A DNA stretch of 64,000 nt from assembly GCF_018350175.1 (NCBI RefSeq), contig NC_058369.1, forward strand, positions 9,550,001 to 9,614,000, in the 5' to 3' direction. The notes beneath the pieces were generated by a model, which saw only the letters and a list, made by a program, of their open reading frames with translations, searched no databases and was not told the origin of the DNA. This DNA comes from Felis catus (lineage: Eukaryota). Below are positions 53,650 to 64,000 of the stretch, piece by piece; positions within the stretch are counted from its first letter, which is position 1, and the number at the start of each line of letters is the position of its first letter. Made by a program: the position numbers and the translations under genes.

Positions 53650-53882
53650 GGGGCACCTGGGTGGCGCAGTCGGTTAAGCGTCCGACTTCAGCCAGGTCAC
53701 GATCTCGCGGTCCGGGAGTTCGAGCCCCGCGTCAGGCTCTGGGCTGATGGCTCGGAGCCTGGAGCCTGTTTCCGATTCTGTGTCTCCCTCTCTCTCTGCC
53801 CCTCCCCCGTTCATGCTCTGTCTCTCTCTGTCCCAAAAATAAATAAATGTTGAAAAAAAAAAATTTAAAAAAAAAAAAAAAA
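53650..53882 (+). mobile_element. Young felid CAN-SINE
   Basis: TSD AAAAGAGACAACCAG. Confidence 0.95.
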
Positions 53883-54007
53883 AAAAGAGACAACCAGATG
53901 TGACGTACCACCTGATGAGGCAATGGGAAATGCCCAGCACTCTCAAAGAGTTATTCTTGCAAAAAGAGCACCAAACCACCAAAACTGAATCCGATTAATC
54001 CTCTAGT

Positions 54008-54218
54008 GCAGGGATCATCACACTGCGATCTCCCTGCCAACCCCAGCCCTCCCCCCGATTTCGTAAAGAACGTGTCGTTGAGACCCAGCCACATCCATTC
54101 GCTTTCCTACTGTCTATGGCTGCTCTCCCAGCACAATGGCAGAGTTGAACCCATATGAACTGCCAAGACTAGAATATCTATCGTCCGGGCCTTTAGGGAT
54201 TTTTCACCAGCCCCTGTG
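54008..54218. mobile_element. MER58A-like MITE inside an old L1M (~53900-54700)
   Basis: caggga...cagccacatccattc...gcacaatggcagagttg...cagcccctg. Confidence 0.65.
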
Positions 54219-54701
54219 CTAGATCGAGGCACAGGTTCACAGGAAGTATGGAGGACCGAGGAACGTGCCCAACCAACACCACAGAGGATGCGATCGGCAA
54301 AACCTCAAGTGTGGAATGGTCTCCAGGAAAAATGATCCAGTCCCTCCCATAAATAAGTAGCAAGAAAACAAAAAGAAGGTGGCAGAACGGTTCTAGACTC
54401 CAAGACACTTGCCAGATGTATCAGCCAACCAGGGGTATGGGGGTAATTATTGGATATTTGGCAATATTAAGGAACTAGTCATTTTGGGGTCGGTGTGAAC
54501 AGGGATCCCGAAACAGCAAACGGGGCATTAATGGAAAATCTGGTAAAACGCAAATAAAATCTGTGGTTTAATTAATAGTAACGTACCATCGAAATGGATT
54601 GCACTAATGTAAGATAATAACATTAGCGGAAATTGGATGCGGGACATACAGGAACTCCCTATCATCTTTGCAACTTTTCTGTTAAGTCTAAAATTACCCG
54701 A

Positions 54702-54917
54702 GGGGCGCCTGGGTGGCTCAGTCGGTTAAGGGTCCGACTTCGGCTCGGGTCGTGATCTCGCGGTCCGTGAGTTCGAGCCCCGCGTCGGGCTCTGGGCTGA
54801 TGGCTCGGAGCCTGGAGCCCGCTTCCGATTCTGCGTCTCCCACTCTCTCTGCCCCTCCCCTGCTCACGCTCTGTCTCTGTCTCAAAAATAAATAAAAACA
54901 TTAAAAAAATTTTTAAA
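54702..54917 (+). mobile_element. CAN-SINE
   Basis: Full body. Confidence 0.9.
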
Positions 54918-55106
54918 GGAATCCTGCAAACTGCAGACAGTAGGTGTAGAGAAACCAGACCTGCCAATGTTGGTAATTATTAAAATTAGGAAAGGTCATT
55001 TTTAGAATTCTCTCCAATTCGGCGTAAGTTTGAAATTTTTCATGATAAAAAGGTTTTCTTGAAAACGAAAGATTGGACCTACGTCCTCTTAAAAGATGTT
55101 CCTCAG

Positions 55107-55336
55107 GGGGCGCCTGGGTGGCGCAGTCGGTTAAGCGTCCGACTTCAGCCAGGTCACGATCTCGCGGTCCGTGAGTTCGAGCCCCGCGTCAGGCTCTGGG
55201 CTGACGGCTTGGAGCCTGAAGCCTGTTTCCGATTCTGTGTCTCCCTCTCTCTCTGCCCCTCCCCCATTCATGCTCTGTCTCTCTCTGTCCCCAAAAAAAT
55301 AAACGTTGAAAAAAAAAATTAAAAAAAAAAAAAAAA
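55107..55336 (+). mobile_element. Young felid CAN-SINE
   Basis: TSD AAAAGATGTTCCTCAG at 55091-55106 and 55337-55352. Confidence 0.95.
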
Positions 55337-55849
55337 AAAAGATGTTCCTCAGGATAGACTGTTGTAAGCCCAGAGGGAGAGGCAGAGTCGTCTCACCTGA
55401 AGGAACCCTCCAGTAGCCAGGCCACATGTCCTGAACTGCAAGCCATCCCCCACCCCCACTGCAGTCCATCAGGATACCCAGGCTTTGGCACAGCTCCCCA
55501 TGGAATGATGGGATGACGTGGGTCTCTGACCTCCGGGGCTGCTAAGTTCCTCCCCCCAACCCAGCCTAACTCAACCACCTCTGTGTGACATCGTAGAATC
55601 TGCCTCAAGCCATGTCACATGATCAACAGGGACCACAAAAAAATCCCAACGTGCCCCACGCGTTAATTTGGACCATAAAGTCCATAAGAACATCTCCTGG
55701 GGACAGCTGCAAAGAGTGTCTCTTACAAGAGCCATGGGAAACTACCTTTCTTCTTCCGTGGGGCACGAACAGGGAAGCAGGTAGCCCCAGTTACAATGGC
55801 AGCCATCCTAAGACCTTGGATCCTTGAGAAATTAAAATGGTGCTGGATA

Positions 55850-56071
55850 GGGGCGCCTGGGTGGCGCAGTCGGTTAAGCGTCCGACTTCAGCCAGGTCAT
55901 GATCTCGCGGTCCGTGAGTTCGAGCCCCGCGTCGGGCTCTGGGCTGATGGCTCAGAGCCTGGAGCCTGTTTCCGATTCTGTGTCTCCCTCTCTCTCTGCC
56001 CCTCCCCCGTTCATGCTCTCTCTCTGTCCCAAAAATAAATAAACGTTGAAAAAAAAAAATTAAAAAAAAAA
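55850..56071 (+). mobile_element. Young felid CAN-SINE
   Basis: TSD AAAATGGTGCTGGAT at 55834-55848 and 56072-56086. Confidence 0.95.
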
Positions 56072-56660
56072 AAAATGGTGCTGGATCAACCCCATCCTGA
56101 AGCCCATGCCACCCCTGCACTTCCGGTCACGAAAGCTCGTTACCTTCCCTTCCTGCCTCAGTTTTCTACGACCTGCAGCCCAGCACCCACCCTGGTCTGA
56201 TCACATCAAGCATTCTTCACGGAGGCCCGTGCCTCTCAGTTTATGCAAACCTGTACAGACTTGCCAGCAAGGTGGGCCACAAGGGCAACCGTGCGTCTGA
56301 AATCGTCACACTCGGAATCCCAGTTTCGTTCAGATGATGCAAGTGTTTAGAAGCAAGAATAATAGGTCTAAACAGATTCAGAACCCTCTTCGCCACCCCT
56401 CGCCCGTTAACCAACCAGTCACTCGTCAAAACCCCCTCTAACCCATCCCTTCCTGTCCATGCCGTAACCGCTCCGTCCAGGCCTCCGTCGCGGCTTGCCT
56501 GCCGTGTGGCAGTGTCCCCCTCACCGATCCCCCGGCCTCTAGTATCTCTTGTCTTCAATCATCCCTCACACCGTCCCCCGAGGGCTCTTCCTCACTCACA
56601 CACCCCGTCCGAAAAAACTCCCTGGCTCGAAATTCTCCACGGACTCTCTTTCCTTATCTT

Positions 56661-56880
56661 TTTTTTAAATTTTTTTTCAACGTTTATTTATTTTTGGGAC
56701 AGAGAGAGACAGAGCATGAACGGGGGAGGGGCAGAGAGAGAGGGAGACACAGAATCAGAAACAGGCTCCAAGTTCTGAGCCATCAGCCCAGAGCCTGACG
56801 CGGGGCTCGAACTCCCGGACCGCGAGATCGTGACCTGGCTGAAGTCGGACGCTTAACCGACTGCACCACCCAGGCGCCCC
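56661..56880 (-). mobile_element. Young felid CAN-SINE
   Basis: TSD TCTTTCCTTATCTT at 56647-56660 and 56881-56894. Confidence 0.95.
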
Positions 56881-56894
56881 TCTTTCCTTATCTT

Positions 56895-57219
56895 GTTACC
56901 ATGTTTGAAGTGCCCAGCTCAGTGGCACTGAGTGCATTCGTGTCGTTCACACCACCAGATCCCCGCCCAGGGTCTCCGGGATTGTTTTTCACCTCCCCAA
57001 ACTGAAACTCCGTCCCCATTAAACACTGACTCCCCAGTCCTCTCCCCCAGCCCCTGGCTCCCATCACCTCCTTTCTGTCTCTGTGGATGTAAATCGAATC
57101 GTGCAGTGTCTTTTGGTGACCGGCCCCTTTCACCTGGCCCAATGGCCTCAAAGTTCACCTACGTCGTGGCATGTGTCCAAATTTGCTTCCTTTTTTTGTT
57201 TTTTAAATGTTAATGCATT

Positions 57220-57271
<52 letters not shown>

Positions 57272-57304
57272 TGCGCGTGAGCGGGGGAGGGGCAGAGAGC
57301 GAGG

Positions 57305-57339
<35 letters not shown>

Positions 57340-57828
57340 GGAGAACAGATGATCCGAAGCAGGCTCCGCCCAGACAGCACAGAGTCCGATACCGGGCTCA
57401 AATTCACAACCCTCAAGATCACAACCTGAGCCGAAGTCGGACGCTTAACCGACTAAGCCAGCTGGGTGCCCCAGAATTTTCTTCTTTTTGAAGGCTGAAT
57501 AATACTCCATTTTATATACATATAAAGCATTTTCTTTAACCATCCACCCGCTGACAAACACCTAGGCTGTGTGGTGTCCAAGTATCTCTTCCAGACCCTG
57601 CATTCAATTCTTTTTTTTAATTTTTTTAACATTTATTTATTATTGAGAGACAGACACAGAGCATGAGCAGGGGAGGGGCAGAGAGAGAGGGAAACACAGA
57701 ATCCGAAACAGGCTCCAGGCTCCGAGCTGTCAGCCCAGAGCCTGACGCGGGGCTCGAACTCACAAACTGCAAGATCATGACCTGAGCCAAGGTCGGTCGC
57801 TTAACCGACTGAGCCCCCCAGGCGCCCC
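56895..57828 (-). mobile_element. L1M 3' end with two antisense CAN-SINEs (57191-57472, 57611-57828)
   Basis: ccccaaactgaaactccgtccccattaaacact; aggctgaataatactccatt; SINE bodies. Confidence 0.85.
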
Positions 57829-58273
57829 TCAATGACCATCACTTGCTTCTACATTAAACCCCTCTCCTCTGTTGCTGGAGGCTGCCCTCCGCCCACTGGG
57901 TAAACTCAAAAGCCTTGATTTGACTTCTAACAGACGTCTGTTTTGCCACATCCGCCTTGCACCACAAACTCTAGCCCAGAGGTCCTGGGTGCCTACTAGA
58001 ATCCCCGGGAAAAGGGAAGCTTTTAAAATTGCTACCCTCAGGGACAGTACCGCGCACCTGGTCTCAGATGTGGCCCTGACTTCGGCGGCAGGTGGGCAGG
58101 CCGCTCAGAGAAGCACAGGCGGGTATCCATACTCAGTCACTTTCCGGTTCCTCCAACACTGAAGTCATCCACACTTCTAGGCCTCTGGGTACCAAGTTCC
58201 CTCCATCCTGGGAACAATTTCCTTCCCCGAGCATTTGACACACACCAGCCCACATCAAGAATCACACACTTCA

Positions 58274-58487
58274 GGGGCGCCCGGCAGGCTCAGTCGGTTA
58301 AGCGGCCGACTTCGGCTCAGGTCGTGATCTCCCGGTTCGTGAGTTCGAGCCCCGCGTCGGGCTCGGGGCTGACAGCTCGGAGCCTGGAGCGTGCTTGGGA
58401 TTCCGTGTCTCCCTCTCTCTCTGCCCCTCCCCCGCTCGCTCTCTGTCTCTCTCTCTTTCAAAAATAAATAGACATTTTAAAAAATTA
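58274..58487 (+). mobile_element. CAN-SINE
   Basis: TSD AAGAATCACACAC. Confidence 0.92.
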
Positions 58488-59029
58488 AAGAATCACACAC
58501 GGCATAAATTCTTTTCTAATACTTCTCAGGAGAATCAACCAGTCCCTCCCGGAGTCCCAATCTAACAAGGGCTTCCTTCCCCCCATCTAGAACATAAGCC
58601 CTCTGAGAAGAAGGATCACATCTTATCTTTACTCGCCCGATCTAGAACCAGTTGCTGGCAACCCGGAGCCCTCGGCCAAGAGTCATCTCCTTAGCACACC
58701 CACGACCCTCTTATCACTCAGAGATTCCAAAAGTTTTAGGAGCTGTATGCTGGGAGCTGAGGCAAAGCCCAAATATGTTTTTATTATTCCACAAGCTGAT
58801 GGCCTCATTCCAGTGCCTGAAGCAGCCATTCCTGAAACCTGACCTTATTTCAGCCCCTGGATGCAGCCATTCCTGAAACAGACTTTTTAAATTACTTGAG
58901 TCAACACACACACACACATGCCCCCTCACACAAAACCCTTTTTGCTTTCAACCTGACTCAATGTGCATCGTGTTTCTATCTCTCACAACCAAACGAATGC
59001 TGTCTGATCTCCCCATCCGTCCAGAATGC

Positions 59030-59087
59030 CACACACACACACACACACATGCACACACACGCACACACGCATGCACACACACACACG
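59030..59087. repeat. Imperfect (CA)n microsatellite
   Basis: Read directly. Confidence 0.9.
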
Positions 59088-60135
59088 CCCCTCAGACCGA
59101 CAACACTTATCAGCCTGGCAAACTCGGGCTCCTCACTCACGTCTTGGCCCAGTGCTTCCTCCAGTGGGAGGGCTCCCCTGATCCCACAGAGCAAACCCAG
59201 GAGCTCCCGGTGCCCGCTGCCTCCCTGCGGCATCCCCCCCCCCCGCCACCTTGGTGACCGCTGATCTGTGTCCGCCGCACCGGACCATTCTTCCCGAGGA
59301 GGGGGCACTACGGCCTTCGCACGTTTGTGTGCCCCGCATTGGCCCCCGGCAGCCTCCCCTGCAAACGGCTGTTAGGGTCGAGTGAACGAGTAAGTGAACG
59401 ATTGAACAGTAAAGTGTCACCTTCCTCTGACAATGGATTTATTTTTTTTAAGGCATGAGAAAAACCAAGAGTCTCTGCCGCGGATGGACGGCACCGATGC
59501 GTGCATTCTCTCCTCCGATGAGATAGCAGGCAAGGTGTGTGGGAAGGGAACAGAGGGACCTCGGAGACAGGCAGATAAAGGAGTGGGTGGCTCCTGCCAG
59601 CACAGGCCTTTCTTTGGCCAGCCCCTGCCTCCAGTGCCCCCCCTGCCAGGCTAAACTCCTCTGGAGCCCCGGAAACGATGAGAAACCCTTTGTCCGAGGA
59701 GGGGGCAGGGGAAACAGGACGGGGAGAGGGAGGAAGACGGGTCCGGCTTCTTCCAGCTGGCTCCAGCTCTCCACTACCGCTCCGGGAGCGGGCCAAACAC
59801 ATCTAATTTAGTCCTTTCTTCCCTTCCCAGACGCTGGTAATGGACCCACACAGAACACTGTCAGCATTCAACCGCCCCTCCTCCTTACAGAAAAGGAAAG
59901 ATGAGAAGGCAGGCAGAGAGAGGAATGCAGAAGGAAGGAAGGGAAAGTGGCAAGGAGGAATCATCCCAGCAATCCTGACAAAGACGAGCTTGCCATGTGT
60001 CAGGCCCTTGGCTGAAAGCTCCACATGCAGTAACTCAATTCACCCTCCTCGAAATGCATGAGGTAGGTCGTAGCATTATCCCCGTTTTGCAGATGAAAAG
60101 GGGGAGGGAAAATATGACGAAAGACAAAGCAGGGA

Positions 60136-60492
60136 TTTTTTTTTTTTAAGTTTATTTATTTGTGTTAAGAAATCTCTACACCCAACGTGGGGTTTCGAAC
60201 CCACGACCCCGAGATCAAGAGTCACAGCCTGCCCTGACGGAGCCAGCCAGGTACCCTGACAAAATAGGGATTTTGAAAAACCGTTTTGTGGGGCGCCTGG
60301 GTGGCTCAGTTGGCTGAGTGGCCGACTGTGGCTCAGGTCATGATCTCGCGGTCTGGGGGTTCGAGCCCCACATGGGGCTCTGTGCTGACAGCTCAGAGCC
60401 TGGAGCCTGCTTGGGATCCTGTGTCTCCCTCTCTCTCTCTGCCCCTTCCCCCCCCCCCTTTCAATAGTAAATAAACATTAAAAATTCTTTTT
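60136..60492. mobile_element. Short old SINE (60136-60256, -) head-to-head with a CAN-SINE (60290-60492, +)
   Basis: Degenerate TSD GACAAA..AGGGATTTT around the first; full head of the second. Confidence 0.85.
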
Positions 60493-61074
60493 CAAAGGAA
60501 GGCACTCATGGATCCCAAGCCCTGAAACATAGATCGGCACACTGTAGGTACTCATTAAACAACATGGACTGAAAGTTCAGAAGAAATCCTAGCCCCCGTC
60601 ATGAAGACATCAATCTCATCCCCTACTTAGTGGGACAGACACATTGCAAAGCAATAGGGATGTAGGATGTTAATTTTGCTGACTACACAAAGGGGCCCAT
60701 CACCACCATTAATGAGAATCATCCTGGGCGGGGAGGAGGGGCGGGTAAATTCAGTTTTAAAAACATTTTTTAAAACACGGAGTTTTTAAAATAAAAACGC
60801 ATTGACTTCACAGCAAAACATATTTTGGGGTGGAAAGACAGCCCGTCCCATCCTTCCTGTTGCCCTTAGTTCAAGGCCACCACATCCAGATTGTTAACAA
60901 TTGTGGACCAAGTGACTGGGGCTGAGGGTGGGGGTGGGCTTTTTTGTTAACCTTGGCCTTCAAGGCTCAAGCGGCTCCGGAAATTCTACAATGAAAACGC
61001 TTCGGGGCATCAACAGGATCGGTATTCGGTCTGGAGGCGTGACTTTGGAGTCACGCTTGCGGAACAAAACTACT

Positions 61075-61470
61075 GCTTCTGTTCGGTTTAATCGCTATCA
61101 AATGCTGTGTAACAAATCACCCCCAAACTTCACAGCCTAGAACAAACAACTGAGGACTTCGTCGTTTCTGGCAGGGCTTAGCGGCTGCCTCTGCCTTACG
61201 TTGTGTCGTGAGATGTTATCACCCAGGGCTGTGGTCTCATCTGGGGACTCAGCTGAGGAAGGGCCTCTAAGCTCACTCACGTGGTTGTTGGCAGGATTCG
61301 GCTTCTCTCAGGCTGTTGGCTCAAAGCCGCTCTCTGTTCCTTGGTAGCTGACGTCATCAAAACCAGGAAGCAAGAGAACCCCAAGGCAGAGCAAGACAGA
61401 AGCCGTGGGCCTTTTGTAACCCAACTGGGAGGGGGATCCCATCACTTTGCTGTATTTTCTTGTTAGAAGC
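61075..61470 (-). mobile_element. MaLR LTR (MLT1F/H-like)
   Basis: tgctgtgtaacaaatcaccccc.aaactt...aagctcactcacgtggttgttggcagg...catcactttgctgtatt. Confidence 0.7.
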
Positions 61471-61477
61471 GAATCGA

Positions 61478-61662
61478 GGGGCACCTGGGTGGCTCAACTG
61501 GTTAAGCATCCTACTTTGGTTCAGGTTATGATCTCAAATGCGCCTGGGTGGCTCAGTCGGTTCAGCATCCGACTTCAGCTCAGGTCATGATCCCAGTCTG
61601 TGAGTTCGAGCCCCACGTCGGGCTCTGTGCTGACAGCTCGGAGCCCGGAGTCTGCTTCAGAT

Positions 61663-61696
<34 letters not shown>

Positions 61697-61930
61697 TGCT
61701 CCTCCCCCGCTTGCTCTCTCTCTCTCAAAAAAAAAAAAAAGATTTAGGGGCTCAGTTAGTTAAGCATCCAACTTCAGCTCAGGTCATGATCTCACGGTTC
61801 ATGAGTTCGAGCCCCGCATCCGGCTTACTGCTGTCAGCACAGAGCCTGCTTGGGATCCTCTGTCCCCCTCTCTCTGCCCCTCTCCCATGCTCTCTCTCTG
61901 GGACAAACATAATGAGAAAAAAATAAAATA
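61478..61930 (+). mobile_element. Three concatenated CAN-SINEs or fragments
   Basis: Heads near 61478, 61540 and 61747. Confidence 0.85.
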
Positions 61931-62266
61931 TTTCAAAAAGTAGCAAGATTCCCCGGAGATGTCTTATTCACACAACTAGAACAATGACAACGGTCTATGA
62001 CAAAGAATAAGAACGCCACAGAGTTTCTGTTTACTGGAAATTCAGGAAGAGAGGCAAACCCTACCCACAGTGAGAGAAAACTGGGGTTGAGTCTGAGCAG
62101 GAGCTCCAAGGAGCCTTGGGAGGAGACGGGCTGTTGTGCATCTGGAGGGGAGCAACGTTCCCAGAGTTGTGTAGCTTCGCAACAATTTGTGGCGCTGTGA
62201 ACTTGAAGCAGATGCGTGTTACACATCTTGCCCAATGCATCTTAGGCTTCCATTTTTAAAGACTTG

Positions 62267-62301
62267 TTTAAAATTTTTTTAATGTTTTATTTATTTTTGA
62301 G

Positions 62302-62349
<48 letters not shown>

Positions 62350-62517
62350 AGTGTGAGTGGGGGAGGGGCAGAGAGAGAGGGAGACCCAGAATCCGAAGCA
62401 GGCTCCGGGCTCCGAGCGGTCAGCCCGGAGCCCGACGCGGGGCTCGAACTCACAAACCGCGAGATCGTGACCTGAGCCGAAGTCGGACGCTTAACCGAAG
62501 AGCCACCCAGGCTCCCC
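62267..62517 (-). mobile_element. CAN-SINE with (GA)n expansion
   Basis: Antisense body. Confidence 0.9.
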
Positions 62518-62897
62518 AGGTGGAGACGTGGCCCCAGGTGCCGGAGCCCCCAAGGAGGCAGGAGTTAAGCCTTTCTTTGCCAGCTCCCTTCTCCATGACA
62601 ACAGGAGGCCAGAGCACTCAGAGACACTGGCCTCAGCACTTTTTAATCTGAGAGCTTTGGAAAAAGGCTCTGAGTCGGGGGAGGAAGAGGAGACTGCAGA
62701 ACTGGTTGGCAAGCTGCTGGGGTGGTGGAAAAAAAAAATGCTTCCAAGGCAAAAAGGATTAAGAACCAGCTCTTCTGGGTTCTGGATGCATCGCCTGGCA
62801 GGCTGTGGAGACATTCCCCCCCCCCCCCCTCCATCCCTGCCTCCTCTAGAGAAAAGAGGAGGCGTGATGTTAAAACTTCACCAACCTCCCCCCGACC

Positions 62898-62930
<33 letters not shown>

Positions 62931-63409
62931 GAAAAAAGAAAGAAAAATAGAACTCACTTTTAAAATATTTTTTGAAAGCCTTCTAAAAAATATTTAGCCA
63001 GAAAGTGTTCCCAAGAAAATTGGGTACAAATACTGGGTCAGTCTAACTGAAGAAATGCAGGCGTATTTTTGGGCTCCGTGACTGTCTGGTCGGCAGTCTT
63101 GGGTGGGGGCAGGTATCTTAGGGTCCAGATGCTTAATCCCTAGATGTGTCATCTAAACAGAAGAAAAAAAAAATTTCTGTGTGCTTCGCTTTTAAGCGCC
63201 GTCATACTAAGATTTCAGAGCTGGGAACTGGCTTTTGCTCCCCGGCATGAGCCACAAAAGGAACTTTTAAGTTAACCCAGGCAAAAAGATGTGATCGTGA
63301 ACGCGCATCCGCAGGTGAATTAGGCACTTCGTGAATAAGGGTTGTCAACTTGTGATCCTCGAGCCATCGCCTGTGCGGAAGGGACTGCTGTGTCCGCCAA
63401 CATCCCGGC

Positions 63410-63520
63410 AGGCGGAGGGACTACATTTCCCAGCTGCCCTGGCCACTCCGTGTGGTCACGTGACCAGTGACATGCCAGCAGAAGTTTTAGGTGCCGATTC
63501 TGGACCTTGAGGAAAGGGAC
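63410..63520 (+). mobile_element. MLT1H/J-like LTR fragment carrying a ZNF143-like motif and a palindromic E-box
   Basis: GGACTACATTTCCCAGC...TGGTCACGTGACCA...gcagaagt; colinear with the element at 46780. Confidence 0.5.
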
Positions 63521-64000
63521 AAGGGACACGTCTTCCCATTTGGCCGTAACCCTTGGGGAGCCCAGGGCATGATGACACCCGGAGAACGGTATCTTGGTCC
63601 GAGTTCCCCCAAAAGGAGACCCGGAGACAAGGATGTGAAATGACCCCAGAAAACCCCAGTGGGGGAATGGGGAAGTGAGACGGAGTAGGGGAGGCAGCCA
63701 GTTACCACCAGGCACGCCTCGGATTCCATCCTGCTGGAGAGTTCTGGAAGGCAGCATGGAACACACACACACACACACACCCCTCCGAGCCCTCCTTCCC
63801 AAGGGGGGGGGGGGGGCGGGAATTTGGCGCACGTATCCACCACGCCTCCAGGGGGAGGGGGTGGTCTCCCCAACACTTGAGGCTCGCCTTGCTTGTACCC
63901 ACAGCGAACTCTGGCTGCCAGGCAGGGCTCGGAGGCAGACAGAGGCAGGTGCTGTCCATGGAGAACCGGGCGATGAGCTCCAGAAATGGTAGGTGCCAGA

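Overview
Mammalian genomic DNA, almost certainly felid, judged from dozens of Felidae-type CAN-SINEs (SINEC_Fc-like). The only recognisable protein-coding sequence is exon 1 of CACNA1A (Cav2.1 P/Q-type calcium channel alpha-1A) on the minus strand, CDS 29411->29119 (293 nt), inside a CpG-island promoter. Exon 1 ends at a U12-type (minor spliceosome) ATATCCTTT donor. Positions 1-29118 are the first 29 kb of intron 1, and exon 2 is not in the window. Positions ~29650-64000 are promoter and upstream intergenic DNA, packed with SINEs, old L1/L2/MIR, MaLR/ERVL LTRs and hAT MITEs. The most interesting signals are in the 5' leader and promoter: an upstream AUG that reads a (GGC)7 repeat as polyglycine in an ORF overlapping the main start, a short uORF, an in-frame near-cognate CUG, a cryptic U2 donor beside the U12 donor, and a (GT)11(GC)10 Z-DNA tract. 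Almost all other ORFs in the track are repeat- or GC-derived noise. Repeat family names and most repeat boundaries were assigned by eye from recalled consensus sequences and need RepeatMasker/Dfam confirmation. I found no evidence for a new multi-gene system.
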